DNA of 64,000 bases from Halodesulfurarchaeum sp. (lineage in GTDB: Archaea; Halobacteriota; Halobacteria; Halobacteriales; Halobacteriaceae): contig JAXHNL010000002.1 of NCBI GenBank assembly GCA_034520565.1, positions 704,001 through 768,000 on the forward strand, given 5' to 3'. The position numbers were made by a program, and so were the translations under genes. Shown in pieces: positions 19,019 to 27,829 of the stretch. How positions within the stretch are numbered: position 1 is the first letter of the stretch; every line of letters starts with the position of its first letter. A model generated the notes under the pieces. It saw only the letters and a program-made list of their open reading frames with translations. It made no database searches and had not been told where the DNA came from.

Positions 19019-20466
19019 ATGAGTCAGGTAGTAAAGCAAAGTGCAAACTTTCGATGGGAGCTGGGCTTAGAACCCAAATTCCATCTACTCCTAGCAGGAT
19101 GGAAGCAGGAAAAGCATGACCCCAGAAATCCGGACGTTTGAAGAGCGTAAAGAATCGCCAAATCAGGGGAAGAAGCATCTCTAATTGTTCGGGCAAGTAG
19201 CTCACAAACTGATCTTGAGGGTGCTTTAGAGGCAATAGGGGCTGCGGTTAGGCCCATTTCAGATGATCAGTACAAGGTGGTCATGCCGGAAAGCGATCTC
19301 CACCGTTTAGAAGGGATCTCTGGGATTGAGCAGATCGAAATTGAAATCGAAGGGGAGCCTTTAAGAGGGAAACCTGAGCTCCCAGTTCGCTATGATTCAG
19401 TAAGGGATCTGCGAACTGGGTTATTGAGGCATACAGACAGATCTCCAATATTAGCCTCTTATGAGGTCCCTGAGGGAAATGTGGATATTGCCATAGTGGA
19501 TTCTGTGTATGAACTCGAATCTTTGGAAGGTTGGGACCCAGGATTTGACACAATCGCCGAAGAAGATTATACGGAAAGTGACGATGAGGTTTCTACTTCA
19601 ATTCACGGTTGGCATATTTCAAATTTGATCAGTTTCTTTATAGATCCAGAAAGAGTCACTTTTCATACGTACCGTGTGGTCAATGAGGATGAAGAAGAAT
19701 CAATGAATCAAGTCTAATCGAGGCTATAAAGTCGGCCCGAGATGATGGGGTCGATTTGATTAATCTATCAGTAAGTTTTGATCATATTGGTTCAAGGGTT
19801 AAACAATGCACACCTACTTCAACAATTGTGGTATATGCTCACGAGATAAGAAAAGCAATAGAAGATGGGATTACAGTCGTAGCTGGTGCAGGGAATGATT
19901 CAACATCTGAGAAGACATCCTGTCCAGGCGCGGTAGATGAAGTCATCGCTACAGCAGGTTACATCCCAAAGTGTCCCAATGGGCCCACTGGACCAGGATC
20001 AATCTGGATGTATTATGACGATGACGAAATAGAGGCAGACCCATTGGGAATGACACCAATTTGTAGTATGCAAGGGTGTGGCTATACCGAAATGTGTTCT
20101 GAAAATAGGGAGGATATTTATTGGGAGAATAATTCCGAACATGAAGGGAATAAGCCCGATGTGGCTGCCCCAGCAGCAATAATCATGGGGGGTGAACACG
20201 TTTCAGTTAATCCCGGGTTTATTGGTGGGACGAGTTATGCTGCTCCTATTGTAACTGCACAAATAGCAAATTGGTTACCTGTGTTCAAGTTTGAAGATAT
20301 CACATTAATACCCCAAGAAATCAGAAACGGTATTCGAGCGGCAAATAAAGATTTGGATACTGGGGAAAACCTAAAATTCGACGGAATTAGTGCATTCGAA
20401 GAGATAGGAGCGACATATAACATTCAACACGAAGAGTCCTCGGTTGATCTTCATCAGCCCCGTTGA
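19019..20466 (+). CDS. Subtilisin-like serine protease (S8), AT-rich cargo (frameshifts near 19170 and 19715)
   Basis: Asp IAIVDS, His IHGWHIS, oxyanion VVAGAGND, KPDVAAP, Ser GGTSYAAPIV; prodomain-like N-terminus; no signal peptide seen. Confidence 0.85.
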
Positions 20467-20479
20467 GAATTCCGGATTC

Positions 20480-20764
20480 CTAGCCGAACCCCTCAATACC
20501 CGATCCACAGTCGGCAGGCCGGTACCTCGCGTCGATCTCCTCCTGGAGGTAGAGCTGCCGTTCATCGTGAGCTCGTACATCTCGTTATGAATCGGCGCGA
20601 TCATGCCGGCGTACTGGAGTCTTCCACCGCTCCCCGATCCGTCCCGTCGAAGCGGTGAACTCTATCGCTTCGGCCATCATCGTCGGCGTTCCCCAGCCTT
20701 CACTGTCGAGGTGCTCGAGGATGCGTTCGTCGACTTGCTCCATCCAGTGAGCCGACCGTCTCAT
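20480..20764 (-). CDS. PhiH1-repressor-like winged-HTH protein (frameshifted)
   Basis: MRRSAHWMEQVDERILEHLDSEGWGTPTMMA...YAGMIAPIHNEMYELT. Confidence 0.7.
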
Positions 20765-21072
20765 ACGTGATTTTCGTCCTCGGAGGCAGTTGGTCCGGGG
20801 ATTCGTCGACCTCTGGGATCTCGTGGGGCGTCTTCGGCGGTGTTGATCTCGCCGTCGAGATATCCTCTCCCGTTCGGTAATGGTGTAGACTCCGTTTCCA
20901 GAGATCGTTTGGAAGACCGTGTTTAGCGGTTTTCAGAGCCCGTTGGGAGGTGTCCCCGAGTGTACTGGATACCCGCGTCCACCATTTCTTTAGGCCGGCC
21001 TGAGCCATTTTCGCGGATATATTCGAGAATCCGGTCGTCTGCCAAAACCATCCAATCTCCCGATCTTCTCAT
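20761..21072 (-). CDS. PhiH1-repressor-like winged-HTH protein (frameshifted)
   Basis: MRRSGDWMVLADDRILEYIRENGSGRPKEM...GVYTITERG. Confidence 0.75.
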
Positions 21073-21147
21073 TAGTAAATAATTAACTACTCGGGGGATA
21101 TTGTTGTTTGGGTGGGTGAACCCTCTATCCTTAGATCGGTAAACCAT

Positions 21148-21173
21148 CCGCCGATAGTTATATTAATCGGCGG
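21148..21173. promoter_or_regulatory. Operator-like inverted repeat enclosing a TATA box
   Basis: CCGCCGAT-AGTTATATTA-ATCGGCGG in the divergent intergenic region. Confidence 0.6.
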
Positions 21174-21192
21174 TTAATTGTTTGCTAACGCA

Positions 21193-21393
21193 ATGGCTCG
21201 AAGAAGCCTATCGGTGTCCATCTCCATGCCGGTCGAGATGGACGGAAAACTGGCAGAAGAGGCCCGAAGACACGGGATGAGCTACTCGGAATATGTCAGG
21301 CACATCCTGAGAGAGCACGCGATCACTCCGTTCAATTCGCCGAGCATTTCGCTCGAAGAATTGGAGTCAGAACGTCAGGAGGGGGCTGCCTGA
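21193..21393 (+). CDS. Ribbon-helix-helix regulator
   Basis: SVSISMPVEMDGKLAEEARRHGMSYSEYVRHILRE. Confidence 0.85.
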   Translation: MARRSLSVSISMPVEMDGKLAEEARRHGMSYSEYVRHILREHAITPFNSPSISLEELESERQEGAA

Positions 21394-21474
21394 ACCATGT
21401 GCACTGGTGGAGCCCCCAGTCCAAGAACGGCGAGCACGGCCGTAAAACCTCCGGCGAGGAGATAATCGTCGCCG

Positions 21475-21762
21475 GTGACGAGGGCGAGATTTTGGAGGCC
21501 TGAAATGAGGGGCGCACCCCTCACGTACGACGAGCCCGACGCCCGAGCGCGACGGGCACGGTCCCGCTTTGCCGGGTCGTCGGGTCGACCATGTACGTCC
21601 CGAAAAACGCCTGCCCCTACTGCGGCGAGGAAGGCGGTCGGGATGCGTAACTGCACCCATCCGGTGATCCAGTACGACGAACGCGAGGAGCCCTACTGCG
21701 GCGCTTGTGGGGCGATGCTGGGGCATCGCTCCGCGTCCGATATCGGGATCGCCGAGACATGA
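21475..21762 (+). CDS. Small CxxC zinc-finger ORF(s) upstream of the integrase
   Basis: ACPYCGE and PYCGACG motifs in different frames; ATGA overlap with the integrase start. Confidence 0.45.
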   Translation: MTRARFWRPEMRGAPLTYDEPDARARRARSRFAGSSGRPCTSRKTPAPTAARKAVGMRNCTHPVIQYDEREEPYCGACGAMLGHRSASDIGIAET

Positions 21763-22808
21763 CCGATGGAGAGACGTCGCGACGATCCGACCGACCTCTC
21801 CCTCGAAAGCGGTATCCCGGTATCTCCACGTCGAGCCCCGGACTCGACCGAGAAGAGCATTCACGGGTGGGAGTACCGCCTGAAACCTTCGTCGAGTGGT
21901 GCGAGCCGTCGGGATCGAGCGGTCGGCGAGCTGCGCCGGTACGATCTCGACGAATACTACGAGCTCCGGAGCGCGGAGATCGCGCCGGCCACCCTCGAGG
22001 GCGAGATGTGGACGCTCAAGATGTTCGTCGACTTCCTGGGTGATATCGGGGCCGTGGAGTCCGACCTGGACGAAGCGGTTCGTATCCCCGATATCGACCC
22101 CGAGGATCGATCGAACGATACGAAGCTCGAAACCGACGCCGCACTTGCCCTGATCCAGTATTATCGGGATTCCCCGAAAACTACGCGACTCGGGCCCACG
22201 CATTCCTCGAACTCCGGCGTCGACGGGGCCCGGCAGGGCGGCCTCCGGGCGCTCGATATTCGCGACGCCGAGCTGGATGACAACCCGTACGTTTACTTCC
22301 GGCACCGGCCGGAGCAGGGCGCCCGCTCAAGAACAAACGGAGCGGCGAGCGGCCCGTGGGACTCACGTCCGAGACGGCCGACGTGATACGGGCCTCGTCG
22401 ATGGGCGCCGGTACGGTCCACGACGACCAGGGGAGGCAGCCCCTACTCGCGAGTGCCAAAGGACGCCCGACGTCGAACACGTTTCGAAATTGGACTACAT
22501 GGCAACTCAGCCGTGTCTTCACTCGGCCTGTCCGCACGGGAGGAACCGGGAGACGTGCAAATTCGTCGCCACAACCACGCTTCGATACCGAGTTCCCGAA
22601 GTCCGCACCAAATTCGAACCGGGACGATCACCTGGCTGTTGAACCTCGGCTGGCCGCCGCAAGACGTCGCCGAGCGTGTCAATGCCAGCGTGAAAACGAT
22701 CGGAAGCATCACGACAAGGCCGATCCCGACGAGCGCCGCCGTCGGCTTCTCGATCGAATGGAGGATCGACGTCGACCACTCGTTAACAGTCTCAAAATAG
22801 CACAATGA
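21759..22808 (+). CDS. SNJ2-family tyrosine integrase (multiple frameshifts)
   Basis: GARQGGLRALD, FRHRPEQG, TQPCLHSACPHGR, PSSRSPHQIRTGTIT, ERVNAS, C-terminal RMEDRRR; att repeat just downstream. Confidence 0.9.
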
Positions 22809-22859
22809 CATTACCAAAATCGCAACATCTGCACGCACCGCCACGAAACCGATTCCACG

Positions 22860-22874
22860 TCGCGCCGGCCCACT
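22860..22874 (+). repeat. attR core (15 bp)
   Basis: Exact match to 2830-2844. Confidence 0.85.
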
Positions 22875-23135
22875 TTTCCCACCGTTTTTACCGAGGAGCG
22901 GTGCGACTCCTCGAGTCGCGCCGCGAGTCCTCCGGTGGGAAATTGCCACGGGAATTTGAATTAGGGAACAAATCTTCGATTTGTGAGTGAAATTCAAATT
23001 CGCGCCGGCCCATTCATTCCCCACCTTTCGCTGCGCTCGGTCGCACAGCGACCTCGGCTCACGGCGTTTCGCGCCGTTCGTCCAGTCAGCAAGGCCGCCG
23101 GCCTCGCTCGGCTCGCAAAAGCTGGACCAAAACGG
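22875..23135. repeat. Palindromic intergenic block with a second copy (21 bp, 22992-23012) of the tRNA 3' end
   Basis: TTTCCCACCG/CGGTGGGAAA, GAATTTGAATT/AATTCAAATTC, ACAAATC/GATTTGT; 22992-23012 equals 2822-2842. Confidence 0.7.
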
Positions 23136-23179
23136 AATGGATGGCCGAGTTGTGAACCGCCTTCGCCGGAGCAATTCCT

Positions 23180-23608
23180 CTACAACTCCGTCTCGGGCTC
23201 CGGAATCTGCCGCGTCGTCCCGATGATCCGAACCGGCTCCCCGGGTTCGGTCACGACGTCCCCCTGCCCTTCGAGCCAGATTTCGCCCGAGGCCAGTTTG
23301 AGCGGGTACTGGACGTGATAGGAGGTGCCCTCGTCGATGGCCCGCTCGAACGCCGCGACGACGTCGTCGCGGTACCCGGCGGGCACCCGGTCGACGAAGT
23401 TCTCGAAGATCGGCTCGAGTTCGCTCGCGTCCACGTCGAACAGCGCCTCGAAGGAGGGATACCGATCGACGGTGTCCGTCTCGAGGTTCCACTCCCAGGC
23501 GTAGGTGTTGGTGGCCTTGAGGGCGCTGATGAGCTTGTCCCGAACGGCCTCCAGTTCGTCGATCTGTGCTTCGAGTTCGTCGATACGATCGGCTGTTTCC
23601 GGTGCCAT
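23180..23608 (-). CDS. Small PAS-domain protein
   Basis: Coiled coil followed by YAWEWNLETD...YHVQYPL...WLEGQG...RIIGTT (PAS_3 pattern). Confidence 0.8.
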   Translation of the reverse strand: MAPETADRIDELEAQIDELEAVRDKLISALKATNTYAWEWNLETDTVDRYPSFEALFDVDASELEPIFENFVDRVPAGYRDDVVAAFERAIDEGTSYHVQYPLKLASGEIWLEGQGDVVTEPGEPVRIIGTTRQIPEPETEL

Positions 23609-23734
23609 ATGTAAACAGTATGCACGCCAGCACTATCGAACTTCCGTCGGCCCGGGTCATCCATCGATTCGCCGGGGTGCGGGGCAAGCCGGGGAATGGA
23701 GGTGAGGGGTGAGTGGAAAAAAGGAAACGCCTCC

Positions 23735-24307
23735 TCACTCGCCGTTTCCCAACTCCGCTCCGTAGGGGTAATCCATCTGGCGGGCAATCGCCTCGCGCGT
23801 CTCCCGATCGGCTAGCATCTCCACGATGTACAGCCCGAGGTCGATGGCCGAGGAAACCCCGCGGCCAGTAATCACGTCGCCATCCTGCACCACCCGGTCC
23901 TCGACGACCGACGCGTACTGCTCCAGCGTCTCGTACTCGCTCGGGTGGGTGGTTGCCCGCCGGCCATTCAGAAAGCCCGCGGCCCCGAGCAATAGCGATC
24001 CCGTGCAGACCGAGGTCTTGTACCGACAGGCGGCGGCGGTCTCGAGCCACGCGATGAACTCCGGTTCGTGCTGCAGTTCCCGGGTCGCGGTGCCACCCGG
24101 GACAAAGACGAAATCGTAGTCGCCGAGATCTGGCTCGATGCGGTCCACCTTGAGGGTCAACCCGTTTGCCGTCACCGTCGTCGACTGGGCACAGATGTCC
24201 CACTCGAGCGGCCGAAAACCCATCCGGTCGAGCCGGGTAATCGGGTCGTACGCGCCGACGAAATCGAGGGCTGTCATTCCGTCATATGCGACGAACGCGA
24301 TTTTCAT
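23735..24307 (-). CDS. DJ-1/PfpI family protein
   Basis: FVPGG, SVCTGSLLLGAAG, ATTH, ITGRGVSSAIDL. Confidence 0.92.
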   Translation of the reverse strand: MKIAFVAYDGMTALDFVGAYDPITRLDRMGFRPLEWDICAQSTTVTANGLTLKVDRIEPDLGDYDFVFVPGGTATRELQHEPEFIAWLETAAACRYKTSVCTGSLLLGAAGFLNGRRATTHPSEYETLEQYASVVEDRVVQDGDVITGRGVSSAIDLGLYIVEMLADRETREAIARQMDYPYGAELGNGE

Positions 24308-24451
24308 GCAGGAGGGTTCCCGGGAAGTGGCATAACGACTGCGGCCGCGTCGATCACCTCACGAGGGCTCGAAACCACCATCGCCCGTCTCGAAGGGGCA
24401 AGTCCCGCGGGGACACGATACGTTTCAGTCGGCGCTTTCGTATGGCTGTCC

Positions 24452-26638
24452 ATGGCACGCCCCACGGACCGGAACCGCCTGGACGAGGCGGCGAGTCCCT
24501 ACCTCCAGCAACACGCCGACAACCCGGTCCACTGGCAACCGTGGGACGAGACGGCCCTCGCGGCGGCCCGGGAGTTGGATCGACCGATCTTCCTCAGCGT
24601 GGGCTATTCCTCCTGTCACTGGTGTCATGTCATGGCCGAGGAGTCCTTCGAGGACCCGGCCATCGCAGAGCGCCTGAACCGCGATTTCGTCCCGATCAAG
24701 GTCGACCGTGAGGAACGCCCCGACGTCGACAGCATCTACATGACCGTCTGCCGGCTAGTGACCCGTGGGGGCTGTGGCTGGCCGCTTTCGGTGTGGCTCA
24801 CCCCCGACTGGCACCCGTTCTACGTCGGCACGTACTTCCCACCGGCGGAAAAGCACGGTCGCCCGGCCTTCGGGGACCTGCTCGAAAGCATCGCCGAATC
24901 CTGGGAGACGGAGCGTGAGGCACTTGAAGAACGGGGCGAGGCGTGGCTCGCCGCGGCCAGCGACGAGTTGGAATCCGTCCCGGTTCCGTCGGATTCCGGC
25001 ACTGCAACCGGAACCACGGATACGGACGTACTGGAAGCCGCCGGCGACCAGTTCCTCGAGACCGCGGACCGAACCCACGGGGGCTTTGGCACCGGCCAGA
25101 AGTTCCCGCACGTCGACCGGTTGCTCGTTTTGGCCAGGCTCGCGGACCGAACGGACCGCGAGGAGTACGAAACCGTCCTCTCGGAATCCCTCGATGCGAT
25201 GGCGACCGGCGGCCTCCGGGATCAACTCGGTGGTGGCTTCCACCGCTACTGCGTCGATCGGGACTGGACGGTTCCCCACTTCGAGAAGATGCTCTATGAC
25301 AACGCCGAGATTCCGCGGGCGTTCCTGGCCGGATACGCCCTCACCGGGGCTCCCTCCTCTGCGACGGTCGTCGAGGAGACCTTCGACTTCGTCGACCGGG
25401 AGTTGACCCACCCCGACGGCGGATTCTACAGCACGCTCGATGCGAGAAGCCCGCCGAAAGACGGCGATCCGACGGCACAGTCGGCCGTCGAGGGCGCCTT
25501 TTACACCTGGACTCCGGCGGAAGTTCGCTCGGCGATGGAGCAGGCCGCGACTGGGAACGACACCTTCGATCCCGACTGGCTCGTGACGCTCTTCCGGGAG
25601 CGGTTCGGCGTGACCCAGGCGGGGAACTTCGAGGGGGAGACGGTTCTCACGCAGTCCCGTTCCATCGACGAACTGGCCGAGGAGTTCGATCGAAGCGTCG
25701 CGGAAATCGAGATTTCCCTGACGGAGGCAATCGAACGAGCCCGACGCGCCCGGGAGAAACGGCCCCGCCCGCCCCGGGACGAGAAGATCCTGGCCGACTG
25801 GAACGGCCTGCTGATCGGCTCGCTGGCCACCGCTTCGATCGTCCTCGACGTGCCGGAATTCGCCGACATGGCCGGCGATGCCCTCGAGTTCGTCCGCGAG
25901 AACCACTGGGACGGCACGCGACTCGCCCATCGCTACCGGGACGGGGACCGGCTAGACGTGGACTACCTCGCGGATTACGCGTTCCTCGCCCGCGCCGCAC
26001 TGAAGCTACACGGGGCGACTGGCGAGCTTGCCCCCCTGTCATTCGCGCTCGATTTGGGCCGGGCGATGCGAGCCCGGTTCTGGGACCCGGCACAGGAGAC
26101 CCTCTTTTTCACGACGGAGGGGGCGGACGGGCTTCCGATTCGCCCGACTGGCGCCCAGGACGAGTCCACGCCGTCGAGTACGGCCGTCGCGGTCGAGGTG
26201 CTCGCCGCGCTGCACCACTTCGACCCGGGGGCCGGGTTCGAATCGGTGGCCGGCAGCATCCTGCAGTCCCACCGCGAGCAACTCGAGTCGAGCCCGGAAC
26301 GCTTCGCGACCCTCGCGATGGCCGCCGACCGCCTCGAGCACGGGTATCTCGAAGTCACGATCGCCGCGGACTCGATCCCGGCCGAGTGGCGATCCGTGCT
26401 GGGGGACGAATTTCGTCCCGGTCTGTTGCTCACCCGGCGACCGCCAGACGAGCAGGCGCTCGGAGCGTGGCTCGACGTGCTCGGTCTCGATTCGGCGCCG
26501 CCGATCTGGGCGGGTCGGGCCGCGCGCGGCGAACCGACCGCTTTCGTCTGCCGCCTGAGCTGTTCCCCACCCGTGACGGACGCCGCCGACCTCGAGGATC
26601 GGCTCGCGGAGTTCGCACTGAGCGGGAGCGGAGGGTGA
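24452..26638 (+). CDS. Thioredoxin-domain / six-hairpin glycosidase-like protein (YyaL, DUF255)
   Basis: NRLDEAASPYLQQHADNPVHW, CHWCHVM, PHFEKMLYDNA. Confidence 0.93.
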   Translation: MARPTDRNRLDEAASPYLQQHADNPVHWQPWDETALAAARELDRPIFLSVGYSSCHWCHVMAEESFEDPAIAERLNRDFVPIKVDREERPDVDSIYMTVCRLVTRGGCGWPLSVWLTPDWHPFYVGTYFPPAEKHGRPAFGDLLESIAESWETEREALEERGEAWLAAASDELESVPVPSDSGTATGTTDTDVLEAAGDQFLETADRTHGGFGTGQKFPHVDRLLVLARLADRTDREEYETVLSESLDAMATGGLRDQLGGGFHRYCVDRDWTVPHFEKMLYDNAEIPRAFLAGYALTGAPSSATVVEETFDFVDRELTHPDGGFYSTLDARSPPKDGDPTAQSAVEGAFYTWTPAEVRSAMEQAATGNDTFDPDWLVTLFRERFGVTQAGNFEGETVLTQSRSIDELAEEFDRSVAEIEISLTEAIERARRAREKRPRPPRDEKILADWNGLLIGSLATASIVLDVPEFADMAGDALEFVRENHWDGTRLAHRYRDGDRLDVDYLADYAFLARAALKLHGATGELAPLSFALDLGRAMRARFWDPAQETLFFTTEGADGLPIRPTGAQDESTPSSTAVAVEVLAALHHFDPGAGFESVAGSILQSHREQLESSPERFATLAMAADRLEHGYLEVTIAADSIPAEWRSVLGDEFRPGLLLTRRPPDEQALGAWLDVLGLDSAPPIWAGRAARGEPTAFVCRLSCSPPVTDAADLEDRLAEFALSGSGG

Positions 26639-26707
26639 CGTCTCCACGCGGGTGGGACGGCCTCGCACACGACGGGATTAAACTGCCCGCCCACGAACCA
26701 ACGCCCA

Positions 26708-27823
26708 ATGTCGCCGGGGACCCCACGAGAGTTGCCCTCACCCGAGGCCTTTCAGTCGGTCTTCCGGGTGTACGAGGTCCAAAAAGACGAGGAGGGCGTT
26801 CACTACTACGGCGACCCCCTCGTGAACCAGCAGCAACTCCTCGAGACGGTCTGGCCGCAGTTCCGCGACGCGGGTTACGAGGTGTCCCTCCAGCGCCAGC
26901 TGGGCGAGTTCGTGCTCGTTGCCCAGCCCACGGACACCGGGGAAGACGGCGTCCCCTGGACGAACGTCGTCCTGGCCGTCGCCACCATCCTCTCGACGCT
27001 GTTCGTGGGAACCCAGTGGTACTACGTGCAGGACCCCCTCTCGCTGGAATTGCTCGATGCCGTCCCGTTCACCCTGGCAGTCATGGGCGTCCTCGGCACA
27101 CACGAACTCGGCCATTACGTTCTGAGTCGCTATCACGACGTCCCCGCGTCGCTCCCGTATTTCATCCCGTTCCCGACGATCATCGGAACGATGGGGGCGG
27201 TGATCCGCATCCGTGGGCGGATTCCGGACCGCCGTGCGCTCTTTGACATCGGCGTCGCCGGGCCGCTCGCTGGGCTCGTGGCGACGGTCGTCGTGACCGT
27301 TATTGGCCTCACGCTCCCGCCGGTCGCGGTCCCGGACTGGGTGTTCGCCGCTGGGTCGACCGTCGAGGTCCAGTTCAACTATCCGCTTCTGCTGACGGGC
27401 ATCGCCGCGCTGCTCGGGGAACCACTCTCGTACGCGGATCCGCAGCTCGTCGTCAATCCGGTCGTGATCGGGGGCTGGGTGGGGATGTTCATCACGTTCC
27501 TGAACCTCATCCCGGTGGGGCAACTCGACGGCGGGCACATCCTCCGGGCGATGGCCGGACCCGCCCAGGAGCGAATCGCGCCGCTGGTGCCGATCTCCCT
27601 GTTCGGGCTTGCTGCGGGTCTCTACCTGTTCACGGACGCCGGCCAGATGGTCGGGGTCTGGATCCTCTGGGGGTTCATGGCCATGCTTGCGACCTACATC
27701 GGAAGCGCCGCGCCGATCGCGGAGGGGCCCCTCGATTCCCGACGGAAGGCACTTGGCGTCATTACCTTCGTGCTCGGACTGCTCTGTTTTACCCCGATCC
27801 CGATCGAAGTCATCGGCCTCTAG
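26708..27823 (+). CDS. Site-2 protease (M50)
   Basis: HELGH and NLIPVGQLDGG motifs; multiple TMs. Confidence 0.93.
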   Translation: MSPGTPRELPSPEAFQSVFRVYEVQKDEEGVHYYGDPLVNQQQLLETVWPQFRDAGYEVSLQRQLGEFVLVAQPTDTGEDGVPWTNVVLAVATILSTLFVGTQWYYVQDPLSLELLDAVPFTLAVMGVLGTHELGHYVLSRYHDVPASLPYFIPFPTIIGTMGAVIRIRGRIPDRRALFDIGVAGPLAGLVATVVVTVIGLTLPPVAVPDWVFAAGSTVEVQFNYPLLLTGIAALLGEPLSYADPQLVVNPVVIGGWVGMFITFLNLIPVGQLDGGHILRAMAGPAQERIAPLVPISLFGLAAGLYLFTDAGQMVGVWILWGFMAMLATYIGSAAPIAEGPLDSRRKALGVITFVLGLLCFTPIPIEVIGL

Positions 27824-27829
27824 CCCGGG

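Larger units (their letters stand above)
2830..22874. mobile_element. Integrated provirus: Halopanivirales-like virion module plus SNJ2-family integrase
   Basis: tRNA-derived direct repeats at both ends, terminal tyrosine integrase, packaging ATPase, two jelly-roll capsid-like genes, spike genes, repressors. Confidence 0.88.

Noticed and set aside
2830-22874. Calling the element a pleolipovirus because of its integrase
   Set aside because: No pleolipoviral large spike/fusion gene block seen; the two-MCP plus packaging ATPase block points to an icosahedral virus.
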